Source: Glaucostegus cemiculus (Eukaryota). From it: a DNA stretch of 64,000 nt. Below are positions 37,901 to 49,913 of this stretch, one piece after another; positions within the stretch are counted from its first letter, which is position 1; each line of letters starts with the position of its first letter. The DNA lies in NCBI GenBank assembly GCA_976551045.1, contig CDPCPM010000233.1:62001-126000 (forward strand), given 5' to 3'. Under the pieces are notes generated by a model, which searched no databases, had not been told where the DNA came from, and saw nothing but the letters and a program-made list of their open reading frames with translations. The translations under genes were made by a program, and so were the position numbers.

Positions 37901-38657
37901 AATGGAGCAGGTAATTTGCCTAACACCTAATTGGCATGCATTGCGCAATTAGTCCTGCGGAGTTGCTTTTCTGAAATGCACAGTGACATGAAGTTGATTT
38001 GGTTTGCAATAGAATTCCTATGTGCTTTTGTAATGAATGAAATAAGGTAGAAGTTAATTAATATCCCATCTGCTGTGTGTGCTGGCCAGCAGTAACATTT
38101 CATGCCATTGACTGTCTTGTGAAGTACTTTGTCTGTGATACATTGGCACATTTTATTTGCTGTGAAGCCCCCTCACAGGCTGTCCTGCAGTTTGTCAGTT
38201 CAAGTGGCTTTTATTGTCATTCAGTGGAAATGTGCAGTTTGACTTAAGACAGAGCTTGGCAAGTAGATCACATCAGTAGAGGACCATTTGACCCAGGGAA
38301 GTCTGTGATACCATTTCAGCACTCTTGAATTTGTTTATTCAAGATTCCAATTCACTACATCCTCTACATGTGTAAAATGTGGAAGCAAACTTATTGTTGG
38401 CAGAGTTGATCTGCTCTTCATCTCTCTCTTTTAATGGTTCCTATTATCACCTTGTATTCCAGCACTGGCAGCCTGTTTTCCTACTTGCCACCCTCCAGTG
38501 GCTGTCTCCATCTGCCCATCATTCATCACCCCTCAATCCACCTACCACCCCCTATCTTACCCCTCCCCTTTATACCAGCTATCTTCACCCTCCACTCAGT
38601 CTGATGAGTCTCAACTCTGTCTACCATTTCCCTCTTCTCTTCCAAACCTTCCTCCCC

Positions 38658-38690
<33 letters not shown>

Positions 38691-40489
38691 ACACACTCCC
38701 CGACCTGCTGAGCTCCTACAGCAGTTGTTCTTTGGTCCAATTTCTAGTATCTACAGTCTCTTGTGTCTCCATTTAGAACAGCATCCTGTTCAGGGCACTT
38801 CACCTTGGGAAGGATGGGTACCCCTTGAAATGCACGTTCACAGAAATGACAAAGGTTAAATTAAGGGCAGTTTGTTTAAACTTCATCATTTGATGGATGC
38901 ATTTAAAATGAGTAAAAGGAACTTTTCTCTCAACGGAGGAAATCCAAAACTAGGATCAGATCAAGATGTTGGGAAACATACCTTTACACACTAGTGGAAA
39001 TTTCCACAAACCTATGATGAGGTTAAATCGATTGAAAATTTGAAAAAGTTGATGTTTGGTCGGCAAGTGCATTCAGGTTTAAGGAGCCCTGGCAGAAACT
39101 GATCTGGTTAAGGTTTAGACCAGCCATGATCCAACAATGCCCTCCAAAACTCAAGCAACTAAAACTGTAATCTGTTGCTATGTTCCAGTTGTATAGCATA
39201 ATGATTGCAAAATCACCATTTTATTCAGACTATAAAATCATGTCACTGGTATTGATTACAAAGCGTTCTAAACCTAAATATTATTTTAAGATGTTCTTTG
39301 TGCAAAATTGAAAATTCTCCCAACTTTGGCCATTCCATGCAGTTTGTGTTAAATAGTGCATTAAGTTTAAAAAGCAAAGATGTTTGGTGCATTTAGTTTA
39401 CTGCAGAAGGCTCCCTTCCTGAAACATTGTGAAGGCTCCGTGTGTTAGTAAAGTTGTGGTTTAAGAATACAGGGTGAATAGAATGAACAGATTCCGAACA
39501 TCATTTAATATGGAATGCAGGGAAAGAGCAGTTATGTAAAATGAATGATGGAGATTGGTACAAATACCCAATCTAAACCAGTCAAAGAATTAAAAAGGTA
39601 TTTGAAGTAATTGTTTAAAAGGAAGACTTTCTAAATAAACCTTAGGAACAAGCAAACCTCAGGAACTTGAAGAAAATGTAAATTTGAGCTGAAGCAAGAA
39701 AAATGAGACAGGGTAACACTCCTAAGGGCTGTTTGCATTTTAAGAAGCTAGATAGGTTTTGAGACCTGAAAACATTATGCTCCGAGGAGGGTTTTGCCTC
39801 AGATGTAATGCCTTCAAATGAGAAGTGAGAAGATCATGAATAAATTGGTCATCAGAACATTAAAATGCATGGACATTGAAGTTGGCAGGTTTGAGTGACC
39901 TCAGGAGCTCTGTTGCTGCAATCAATCTTGATGCACGTACATCTATGATGTGCTGATGAGTGGCAATCAAGTTTGTTGCTTTGATGTAAATAGTGCCAAC
40001 TTTGCAGCTGCGTTCATGGACAAGTGTAGCATATTCTAGCACCCATTTCTCGAAGTACACTAAATGGAAAAGGGATTTGAGTTGGGAGTGAATCATTTGC
40101 AACTGAAAACTTTCAGTTTATTACCATAGCACCCAGAATTCATAGGATTCGGTCAGTTAACTGTAGTAGTAATACCATTGAATGTTAAGGGATAGTGGTT
40201 TGATTCTTTGTTATAGCAGATGGTCAGAACAAGCAGCCAGTATTTTTATGCCAAATAATTAGACGAAGCCTGAATGTTCTCCAAGACCTGTGAGCAAAGT
40301 TAAATTTATTATAGGAGGAGTTAGATGAGCTGAACACTGGTACCATCAGCAGGCATTAACACTCCAGAACTTAAAGATGGAAGGTTATTAATGAAGTGGT
40401 TTGAACTTGGGGCAATGGTCTGAAGAGTTTTGGCAGCAATTTCATTGTTTGTGCACCATGAGCTTCTCCCACCCTAATTCATTTACATA

Positions 40490-41160
40490 ATTAGGAGCAA
40501 AAGTAAGCCATCTGGACCCTTCAGTCTGCTCTGCTGTTCATCAAGATCATGGCTGATTTGTCTACCTCTGCTCTCTTCCTCCAGTATTCCCCATTTTCTC
40601 AATATCCAGAAATAAATGCAACTGTGCAGTGACCTACAACCCTACAGGGTAGGGAATTGCAAAGATTCTCCACCCTCTGCCAGAAAAAATCTCTCCTCAT
40701 CTTTACCTTAAATTGTTGACTGCTTATTTTGAAACTGATTGCTTGTTCCAGACATCTCGGAACAACTTCCCTGCATCTATCCTATAATGCCCTGTGAAAA
40801 TTTTGTATGATCCACTGGTATCTCCCCTCATAAGCAGACTGGGTCTGTACACTGAATTAAGCTCTCCTTGTATGGCAATGCACAGTAGTGTTTTGACCCC
40901 ACACTTCTGGTAATCCCAGGAATCAGTCTGGTCACCTTTTTCTGCATTCTTTCTAATACTTGTGTATCACCTTTTCCTGCATTCCTTCTAATACTTGTGT
41001 ATCCTTTTTGAGGAAGAAAGACCAGATTTGTACATATTATTTTGAAATCTGGTTTCAGAAGGACCCTGTTTAATTGGAGTAAGAAGGCTGTACTCTAGTA
41101 TTCAAATCCTTTGCAACGAAAGCCATTGGCCCTATTCATTATTGTACTTGCACACAAATC
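40490..41160 (-). mobile_element. CR1 3' fragment (antisense)
   Basis: ttaggagcaaaagtaagccatctggacccttcagtctgctctgctgttcatcaagatcatggctgat is the reverse complement of the CR1 tail type seen near 11880-11950. Confidence 0.7.
40932..41001 (+). repeat. 35-bp tandem duplication (2 copies, 2 mismatches)
   Basis: tcacctttttctgcattctttctaatacttgtgta / tcaccttttcctgcattccttctaatacttgtgta. Confidence 0.9.
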
Positions 41161-41526
41161 CCTGGAAGTGAATATGCAAGGGTACCCTATATCCTTTCAT
41201 ACTTGGTTTTCTGTTATGTGCATCTGTGCTGTTGCTGAGGAAATTCCTGTTAAGCGCCACTTAGAAATGGTAATATGTTTCACAAGAGAACATTAAGTAT
41301 TGAGAAAATTCTTAACATGTAACCTTTGAAATATTGTTGAAAATGAAGTCAATATTGAATTTTTTAAAAGCATGTGAATTTTTGGCATGGTCCTTTTAAT
41401 TTAAGTAGTTAAGCATTATAGGAGTGAAAGAATCCAGTGACGAAGACTCTCTTGCTAAGTTAGGTTAATACGCTGTCAGTGAGCTGACCACTTTTGCTAA
41501 ACTTTTTTCCTATTGTCATTCTTTAG

Positions 41527-41634
41527 GATTCTGAAGAGGGAGTAATTGCATATGATGAAGCTGGGATAAGAATGACTGTACCATACCATATAAAAGAGCT
41601 GGAAGGGTGTGCAATTCCACAACTTGGTGATAAG
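41527..41634 (+). CDS. CSDE1: CSDE1 coding exon 11
   Basis: tctttag|GAT...AAG|gtacat; DSEEGVIAYDEAGIRMTVPYHIKELEGCAIPQLGDK; 108 nt. Confidence 0.95.
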
Positions 41635-43389
41635 GTACATGACACTGTTTTATTTTTGCAGTTCCATTTTATTTTTGCAAGTAGGTTAAAATGTTGGCTC
41701 AAAGATTTTTTCTCAGTGATGACTGGACTGAAATATAATGAGTCTAAAATCTGGTTTTGTATTAAATCTTGTGAAGAGTTAAAGTTGTGTCTCATGTGGT
41801 ACATTGTAGAATTTGCTGTAAGTCTAATCACAAAGCTGATTCTTTCCCCTTTGCAATTGTTTTAATAAAGAATTTACCCCTCCTAAGAATTTGCACATGG
41901 GAATTTGAGACTGGTTAGAGGATTGTGGTATAATAACAGGGCTGTGTTCCAGGGAAAGGGGAAAAATGGGAGTTGGAGTGGGCTGGTGAGAAGCAATAAA
42001 TCTTTTTACTATTAGCTTACAAGATGTGGGGTTCATTAAGCAACCATTTTCTGATCATCCCTAATTACCCTTGAAGGTGGTGGTTCATGGCCATCTTGAA
42101 CAGTTGCTGTCAGTGTGGTGAAGGTACCTACACTGAGTTTGTGGGTTGTTCAAGGAGACACAGTGAAATTTGCAAGTTGGCAGTGTGAGATCTGGAGGGG
42201 AACTTAAAGCTGGTTAGGCTCCCATTTGTTTATTGTCTTTTTGAGCTTTTATAGATTGCGCACTTTTCCCTAGATAGGATTCTGCTTTCATTGGAGCGGC
42301 ACTTTTTCCATCACATTTGATATGTTGATAGAAGGGCTTTGCAAAATCAGGAGGCAAATCACTGAAATGGATTTTGCCACACTATTGCTGGTCCAGTTTT
42401 CTGTCAGAGTAATTGTTTGTCTCCCACCTCCCACTCAGTATTTCTACAATATTTTTATTGAATCCATGAAAAAATAGAGTACATGATCAAGAAAGAGCAT
42501 AAAAATACTACTGAATGTTGTATTAAATCATACTTTGATTATTAATTTTGAGTATTGTAATCTCATTGTAAATTAATAAAGGAAGAGAAAAATTGAAATA
42601 TTTTGTTATATAAAAAACCTATTCCCACTTCCAAAACTGTTAGATGGAAAAAAAACAAGGAAAAACTTTTAAAAACGTAACTGCGTCAACCAATATCTAC
42701 AGTATTTCGATCCTATACACTGATAATGTTGCCTAATAAGAATGGGCTTGTTGACTATTAACAAGCTTTTGATTATTCTACTACAAATTTTAAAAATGTT
42801 TAACTATCAAGTTCACTGAATTATCAGGTTTCTCCTCCCTTCAATTTTTGCCCTGATTTTTGGGTTCAATTTGCCTTTTTATTTAAATTAAGCTGGTGCA
42901 GAGCCACCATGTGGCCAAAGTTGAGAAAAGCAAGGTTATTTGCCAATAATTTCTGTCCTGCAACATTGGATTTAAGAGAAATTTTGAACTTTGGTTATGT
43001 TGTATACAGATGTAATGATAACTGTAAGCAAGTACTATGTTCCTGTTGGGTGTTCTCATTGAAGTATTGTGGCAGGATGTATTAATATTTTGAAAAGGGG
43101 TAGTCTTTAATATAGATATTGGTACATACATTCCTGCACATTGTGCAATTGCAGAATGCACTCATTATATTGCAATGCAAATCTTAATTTCTAATCTGCT
43201 ATGCCTAACATTACTGTTACATACTCCTATAGTGTTGAGGTTTTTCTAAAAGAATGCAATAACCAGCAGCACCATTAGGTATTCACTTTGTTTCCTCTAC
43301 AGTTTAGAAATCTTCAAAATGGTCTTCATGAAAATTTACATCCTTGTTTTCCATATTTGGAATAAATAATGCCGTCCCAATAGCCAATT

Positions 43390-43830
43390 CACTTCATAGG
43401 CACCCTGTAAATCAGTCGCCTAATCTGAGTTTGGTCTTCCAAACGTAGAGGCGGCGACATCAGGAGCACTGTATGCAGTAGATGAGGTTGGAGGAGGTGC
43501 ATGTGAATCTTTGCCTCACTTGAAAGGGCTGTTCGAGTCCCTGAGAGGTGGTAGTGAGGCAGGAGATGTAAGAATAAATGTTGTACCTCCTGTGGTTGTT
43601 GGGGAAAGTGCCTGAGGTTTGGGGGGGGGGGGGGTAGGGGGAAATGGGTGGTGAGGGATGAGCAGACCAGGGGAGCCATAGAGGGAGTTTTCCCTGCAGA
43701 AGGTGGAAAGGGGTGGGGAGAAGATGTGGTTGATGGTGGGATCTCTTTGCTACAGGTGGAAATGACACAGGATTCACTAGATGTGGAGGCTGGTAGGGTG
43801 TAAGGTAAGGACTAGGGGATTCCATAGTTT
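43390..43830 (-). mobile_element. Penelope-like element fragment (GIY-YIG region)
   Basis: ORF 43460..43870(-) ends QPFQVRQRFTCTSSNLIYCIQCS, homologous to the 8511-8591 fragment. Confidence 0.82.
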
Positions 43831-44786
43831 TCTGTCCATGCTGTACATTGGTAGTTTGTCCATTTTCCATCTGCCCATTTTATCAATAGATGAAGAGGCT
43901 GTAATATTTGATCCAATTGAAGTTCCCATCTTCTGGTTGGTCTCAACGGAGTAGTGTAGTCCCACAGTATTGTGTTTAGTTAAATGGTAATGCAGATGTA
44001 TTCCATTGTCATAATAAGGGGTAGTAGTAAGAGAAGTTTGAAATCCAGATCCATGTGGTTCCTATCAGGCATATTATAGTGTGAGGCTTGTGTTCATCTG
44101 CACCTACCTATCTGGCATTATTGAAATGAAATTTGAGTTGTCTCCTATATAAGCAGCTGTATTTTGCAATTTATGATGAATTGCTACTTGGTGATCAGGA
44201 ATAGGAATGTTCTTCTCTTTAAGAGCACAGTCCTCTTGAAATGCCCTACCTGTCATCCTAATTTGGTGAGCAAATTTTTAGCTCTGGTCTGCAAGGATTA
44301 GCTATTGGTGGGATAAACTCACTGAAGTGTCAGTTTTATTTGAGTTTAAAAAAAGGTTGAAGATGTGGCCATTTGCTCCTGTGGTATTTGGTAAAACCTA
44401 ATTTTTTATGGGTCCTGGGCCACAAATATACAGCAAAATTGTAATCTCACATCCCGTTTGAGTGGATTGAAGCCCCTAAATGTTAATATAAACATTGTCT
44501 ATATTTTGTCTGTATTATTGCAGTTCAGTGACCTGTTTGCAAGCTAGTTACATTCACTTAACCAGAATTTTAGTGATCAATTGTTCATCAGCATTTTTTT
44601 GTGATGAGGTTACAGATGAAAACATTCTTAAGTCTCTAATAGCTTTTAAACCTATTGCAGTTCCATACCCATAGGTATGTGTTTCCATCGATGTATCCAT
44701 GCTAGTTTATACAACTACACTTGTTAAATGAGCATTGATTGTCAATTGTTTCTTAAAGCAGCTCTTATTTCTAATTTTGCATATAG

Positions 44787-44962
44787 ATTGAATTTAGCAT
44801 TTGTGAAGTTAAAAGAACTGGCCTACAGAGTGCAGTATCTATCAAAATTCTAAATCGTAACCCCAATGCCAAGAGACTTGTAGGATATGTGGCAGCATTG
44901 AAGGATAATTTTGGTTTCATCGAAACTTCTCAACATGATCAAGAAATTTTCTTCCACTACAG
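44787..44962 (+). CDS. CSDE1: CSDE1 coding exon 12
   Basis: atatag|ATT...AG|gtgagc; IEFSICEVKRTG...LKDNFGFIETSQHDQEIFFHY; 176 nt. Confidence 0.96.
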
Positions 44963-46532
44963 GTGAGCTGGTTATTTGACACTTGCACTGCATTTACAAA
45001 ACATTGAGTGCATGATGTTTGCTTGCTTACGATTTTTAAATGAAAAGTATCACCCTTCTCCGTGAACTTGTGATTAGATTGGGTGTGCATTTTGTTAAAA
45101 TATTCACATGATTTTATTTGTAGAATCTCCAGTATTCCACTTTATTTTAAGTTTTGAAACTGGGTGTTTTCAGATTTGCATTAATGGGGAATTTGGTCAC
45201 TGATTTAATTAGATCATGGGCTCCTGTTGCTAATGCTAGTCGTAAGTGGCATCCCTTCGGTAACTCTAAGCAGGTTTCATTAATGGAGAATTTAAACTGC
45301 TGGGTATATTCCATACCAAATTAGTTTGTGTAATATAGAGGAAAAATTAACATCAATTTTCATGACCATGAAAATGCCTTTGATTTATCCTTTTACCGAT
45401 GCATGAGCAAAATCTAATGTTTTTATAGTTTGCAAAAATAATTGAATGCATCATAAACACTACCAATGTGAACTGTCCATTTGGACATCCACAGTTATGC
45501 TGACCCAGTGGGTTATTAGGATGATGGTAATGTTATCCTCCAATAGCATCACCCAAAATGATTCGCATATAAGACTGCAAAACATCTTTAAAGAAAGTGT
45601 AGGTAATATTGCCCCTGGTCTCATTGGTATTGAAACAAATTAGTGGTGTTTTTCAGATTGTTTACTGTTTAAAACAAATTCCTGATTCCTTGACTGACTA
45701 TACCAGCATGTGTTCCAATTCCTTTCCTGTTTCTTGATTCCTATTTTTTTGTTCCATGGTGTAATTGCTTCACAATCAATGACTTAGTATTCTCCGAGGA
45801 TAGTACTTTGAAGGAACAGCTACTTAGAAGATCAAGTAAAGTGTTAAGGGCTACTTTTATAATTTAACAGATGTGATTACTCCCTCTGATCTTGCTGCAC
45901 CTGCATCCTGGAAAAACATGAGATTAAGAATTTGTAAAGGGCAGGATTATAGATTTACAGGGTAGTAGGTTGTTGTTAGCTACCCCATTATCCTTCCATC
46001 ATCTGATTGCCTACCTGTGTAACTGATAAGAGAAAGAAGCCTCTTGTATTTTGATTTTCTAAGAAATATTTAAAGGGCCTAAGTGTTAATTTTGCTTTCG
46101 GTTCTGCAGGGAATTGCCAATGATACTCTCTCCACGGGTAAGCTTGTCCCCTAATGTGCACCTGCCAGTACACCTGCTCCCCTGCTTTGACACTGATCTT
46201 TGCATTGAGCCCAGGGTGGAGTGCAGATGTATTGAACTGATGGCCAGACGTGTTTTGTATCTGACCTCTAAGTTTCATGCCAGATGCAGCTGGTGTAGGT
46301 AACATAACCTATTCATTTGAAAGGGGTTATCAACCTCAATTGGAAAAAGTGTTTCCATTTAGCTTAAAGCATCTTAAAGTACTAGAAATAGTATCATTTA
46401 CATTTTTATTCAAATATGCTTAAACAGTGTTTAAATATCTAATTATTGACAACATTTAAACAGTTAAAAGATAATGGTGGGCTGTCTAAAGGCCATCAGG
46501 ATGGTCCAAGGGCAGGGCTTTAGGATTTGAGG

Positions 46533-46810
46533 CTCAGAATCAGATTTATTATCACTGACTTATGACATGAATTTATTGTTTTGCGGCAACAGTACAGTGC
46601 AAAGACAAGTCTATAAATTACAAAATAGAGTTGTTAAAAAAAAAAAGAGGAAATGTTCATGGATCATCCAGAAATCTAATGGGGAAGAAGCTGTTCCTAA
46701 ATTGTAGAATTTGGGTCTTCAGGCTCCTGTACCACCACCCTGATGGTAGTAATGAGAAGAGGACATCACCTAGATGGTGAGGGTCCTTAATGGGTGCTGC
46801 CACCTTGAGG
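46533..46810 (-). mobile_element. Rex/Babar- or L2-type LINE 3' fragment
   Basis: ORF remnant IKDPHHLGDVLFSLLPSGWWYRSLKTQILQFRNSFFP; tail tcagaatcagatttattatcactg. Confidence 0.75.
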
Positions 46811-47069
46811 TCAGTCACCATTTGAGTGTGGCTCCGCCATGTAGGACTGCTGAGTCTGCCTGGCTGCAGCTCAATTATTCCTGCAGGACTGCAAAAAGTA
46901 AATGCACCCTCTGAAGGAGTAGGCTGTAGGTGAGCTTGGGTGTTGAGCTGAGTTAAGGAGAATCTGGCTTGAATGTCTTGCATTCCAAACAATGCACCTG
47001 TGGAAAAAATTGGTGGGTTTTATTTTAGAAGTTGCTTATAAAAGCCAAGAAGTTGAATCTGAATAAAAA

Positions 47070-47720
47070 CAATGTTAGAAACGCTGGCACAGGTAGCACC
47101 TATAGAAAGAAATGGTTAATACTTCCAGGTGAGGATGGTTCATCAGAATAGTGATAAGTTTAGTTTTTACTTGCAAGGAAGGTAGAATAGGACTAGGGGA
47201 ATATTTCTGAAAGAGTGAAGCCAGGATTGAGAAGGTAATTCCAATGTTTACAGAAGTTATCTGGCTCATGGATTAATGAGGACGAGTAGAATAGAAAAAA
47301 AAAGTTGCAGGTTAAAGCTGTGAAATGCAGATCAGAGTGGTTGCTGAAACCAGAAACCAAAAGAACATCAGGCAGTGTCTGTGGGGAAAAGGAAAACCTA
47401 TGTTAATAATAAATTTGGATTGCCTTGCAGTCAGACTAGCTGGTTCTGATATAAAGCACAAAAGCAAATTACCTGCAGTTGTTCAATTCTATATGGAACC
47501 CTGAAAGCCACAATGTGCCCAGGCAGGAGATAAAATAGAAAGTTTCTGCTTCACCTGGAAGGAGTGTTTGGATCTCTGGGGAAAAGGAAAAAGGAAACTG
47601 ATTGCCTGGGAAGGCACTAAGAATGGGAATGAGCTGAAAGAACGAACAGGGAGTTGCTGAGGAAATTCCCCTTTTGGAAGGGGGAAAGGGAAAGATGTTA
47701 GGTGGCATCAAGTTGAACTT
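47070..47720 (-). mobile_element. Degenerate Penelope-like fragments
   Basis: Shares motifs with 7940-8600 (gtagcacctatagaaagaaatggttaatacttccagg...ttcatcagaa; cacaatgtgcccaggcaggagat). Confidence 0.45.
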
Positions 47721-49800
47721 CATGTCTTGTGCGCATCCATAACCCAAAACCTAATTCTTTATGCATGACACATAATGCCCACTCTAGAAATTTTTTAACC
47801 CAAATGTGCCTTTGTAAAATGCCGTATGTACATTTATAAAAGTATTGAGTTGCAGATCACAAGTTTAGGGTACTTTGCTCAGTGACACAGCCTACTAATT
47901 GACCTAGAGCATAAAGGTTGAAACTATTGGAACACTCGTACAGTCTGGAACCTTTTGGGATTCATTTAGATCTTTACATTTATAAAATAGTTTCTGTGAT
48001 TTATGGAAAACTGCTTTGGCTAACAAGACTTAATGTAACACGCCCAATTTTATGGAATGCTTGGCTGGTCTTAAAAGCAAGGCATATGAAAATTGGGTTA
48101 TCTTGGCTGTTTCAGAATTTGAAAATGGAACAATTTAATGCCTTTGAATTTTGCAGTTTCACTGTGCAACTGCAATATCATCCACAGGTGTTGAATTCAT
48201 TTTATTGCACCTCATCTTTGAGACGGTTCTCAGCGGTGATGAGGTACTTGCTGAGCAACAGTGAACTGTAGGATTTGTGCACAACTTGGGCATGTATATT
48301 GAGGCAGTGGTAAAGTTGGGAGCCAATTAGATAGAAAAATTAGTCTTTATCCTGCTTGGTATATCAGTCCAACTTGTGCTTGATCAGACTTTTTATGAAT
48401 GTACAGCTCAAAAATGGCTTCCTGTTTAAGAGGAAAACTTTGGATAGGATAATGAATTTTGTAGTAAAGTGTTAAGTGCGTGGTTAATCTTGGCAAAGCT
48501 GCATACATTCAATTTAAAATATAGTATTGCTGATACCAAGCTTGTTTCATTTGCCATTGGATGTTTAGCTAATACTATCAAAGCAGTAGAGATCAGTTTT
48601 GACTCTAGGCTCAAGTAAATTTTGCAAGATTTTTCCTGCATAACTTTTGAACACTGCTAATCAAATCAAAGGCGCACAATTGATTACAAAAAATCTAAAA
48701 TCGCAGTGTCAAGAAATAGGTGTTTCATCCCTTTCTGTGCCCATCTAGAGTATGCAAACCTACTTGATCCTTATTTTCACTGTTTGCTTCCATTTCAAAC
48801 TTGGATGAATTCTATTTTCATCAGAATACCTCCAAAAAAACTAGTAGCAGATCTTTCATAAAAGAATATTTTGGGAGTGAAATTAAATGATGTAGCTATT
48901 CACTAGACTTAATTTTCATCAGTCTCTAGCAATACGGGCAAAGCTATACTTTCTGCCCAAATATTTCACATTGTTCCTTGTAATACTGCTACAATAACAG
49001 TACTGAGAATTCCCAGCTACTGCCTGATATTTTGAATATTGCTGTCAGATCTCCTGTTGATCTTGCCGATTCTTTTGAATTCCCAACCCCAGTTCCAACA
49101 ACACCTACAACAAAATTGTTTAAATATCAATCTTTAATAATCTAAAGTGGAGTGCAATACCACACCATGATTTTCTTTCCAATTCGAACTGACACTGTTC
49201 TTCCTCTAGTTTTTTTAGCCCCGTTTCTCATGGGGAAATAAAATGGTTCCTCATGCTGTCTTCTGTAATCTTCATAGATGAAGAATTTTTGGGTGATGAT
49301 ATAGTGGGGAAAAATTGTGGAATACTGTTGATCTTAATCCAAAGACCTGAATAGTTAAAAATACAACAGGAAATGTAACAATTTAGCTGAAATCTAACTG
49401 TTTAGGGCATATGAAACCCAGAAATCACCTTTGATCTAAAACACTTTGCCATTTCCTAGGATGTCTCTTAATCAGATTATTTTAGTGTTTTTCAGAAATG
49501 GGATTTGTCAGGTGCTTTAACCAGCAGTTTTGAAAATTATATAAATGGTTACTTTAAGGCCAGTGTGTAAACATTTACCCATGTAAATGTAGGTTGTTGA
49601 GTATTTTGGAGATGATTGGAATGCATTTTTTTAAACCAGCATCCTAACACTTCATTCTTGGAGCCAGTATTTGACTGTTTTGATGTATTGTTCTTGGCAC
49701 AATCAATATAGTTGTCTGTGCTGTACATATTTCAACCTTTGAGTATTGATGTAGTTAAGTGTTTTTTTTACATTTCGCACATTGATGTTCCAATTTCCAG

Positions 49801-49913
49801 TGAGTTCTCAGGTGATGTTGATGAATTGGAAGTTGGAGATGTTGTGGAATACAGCTTGTCAAAGGGAAAAGGAAACAAAGTGAGTGCTGAAAAAGTTGCC
49901 AAGATTACAACAG
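49801..49913 (+). CDS. CSDE1: CSDE1 coding exon 13
   Basis: tttccag|T...ACAG|gtaaga; (S)EFSGDVDELEVGDVVEYSLSKGKGNKVSAEKVAKITT; 113 nt. Confidence 0.96.
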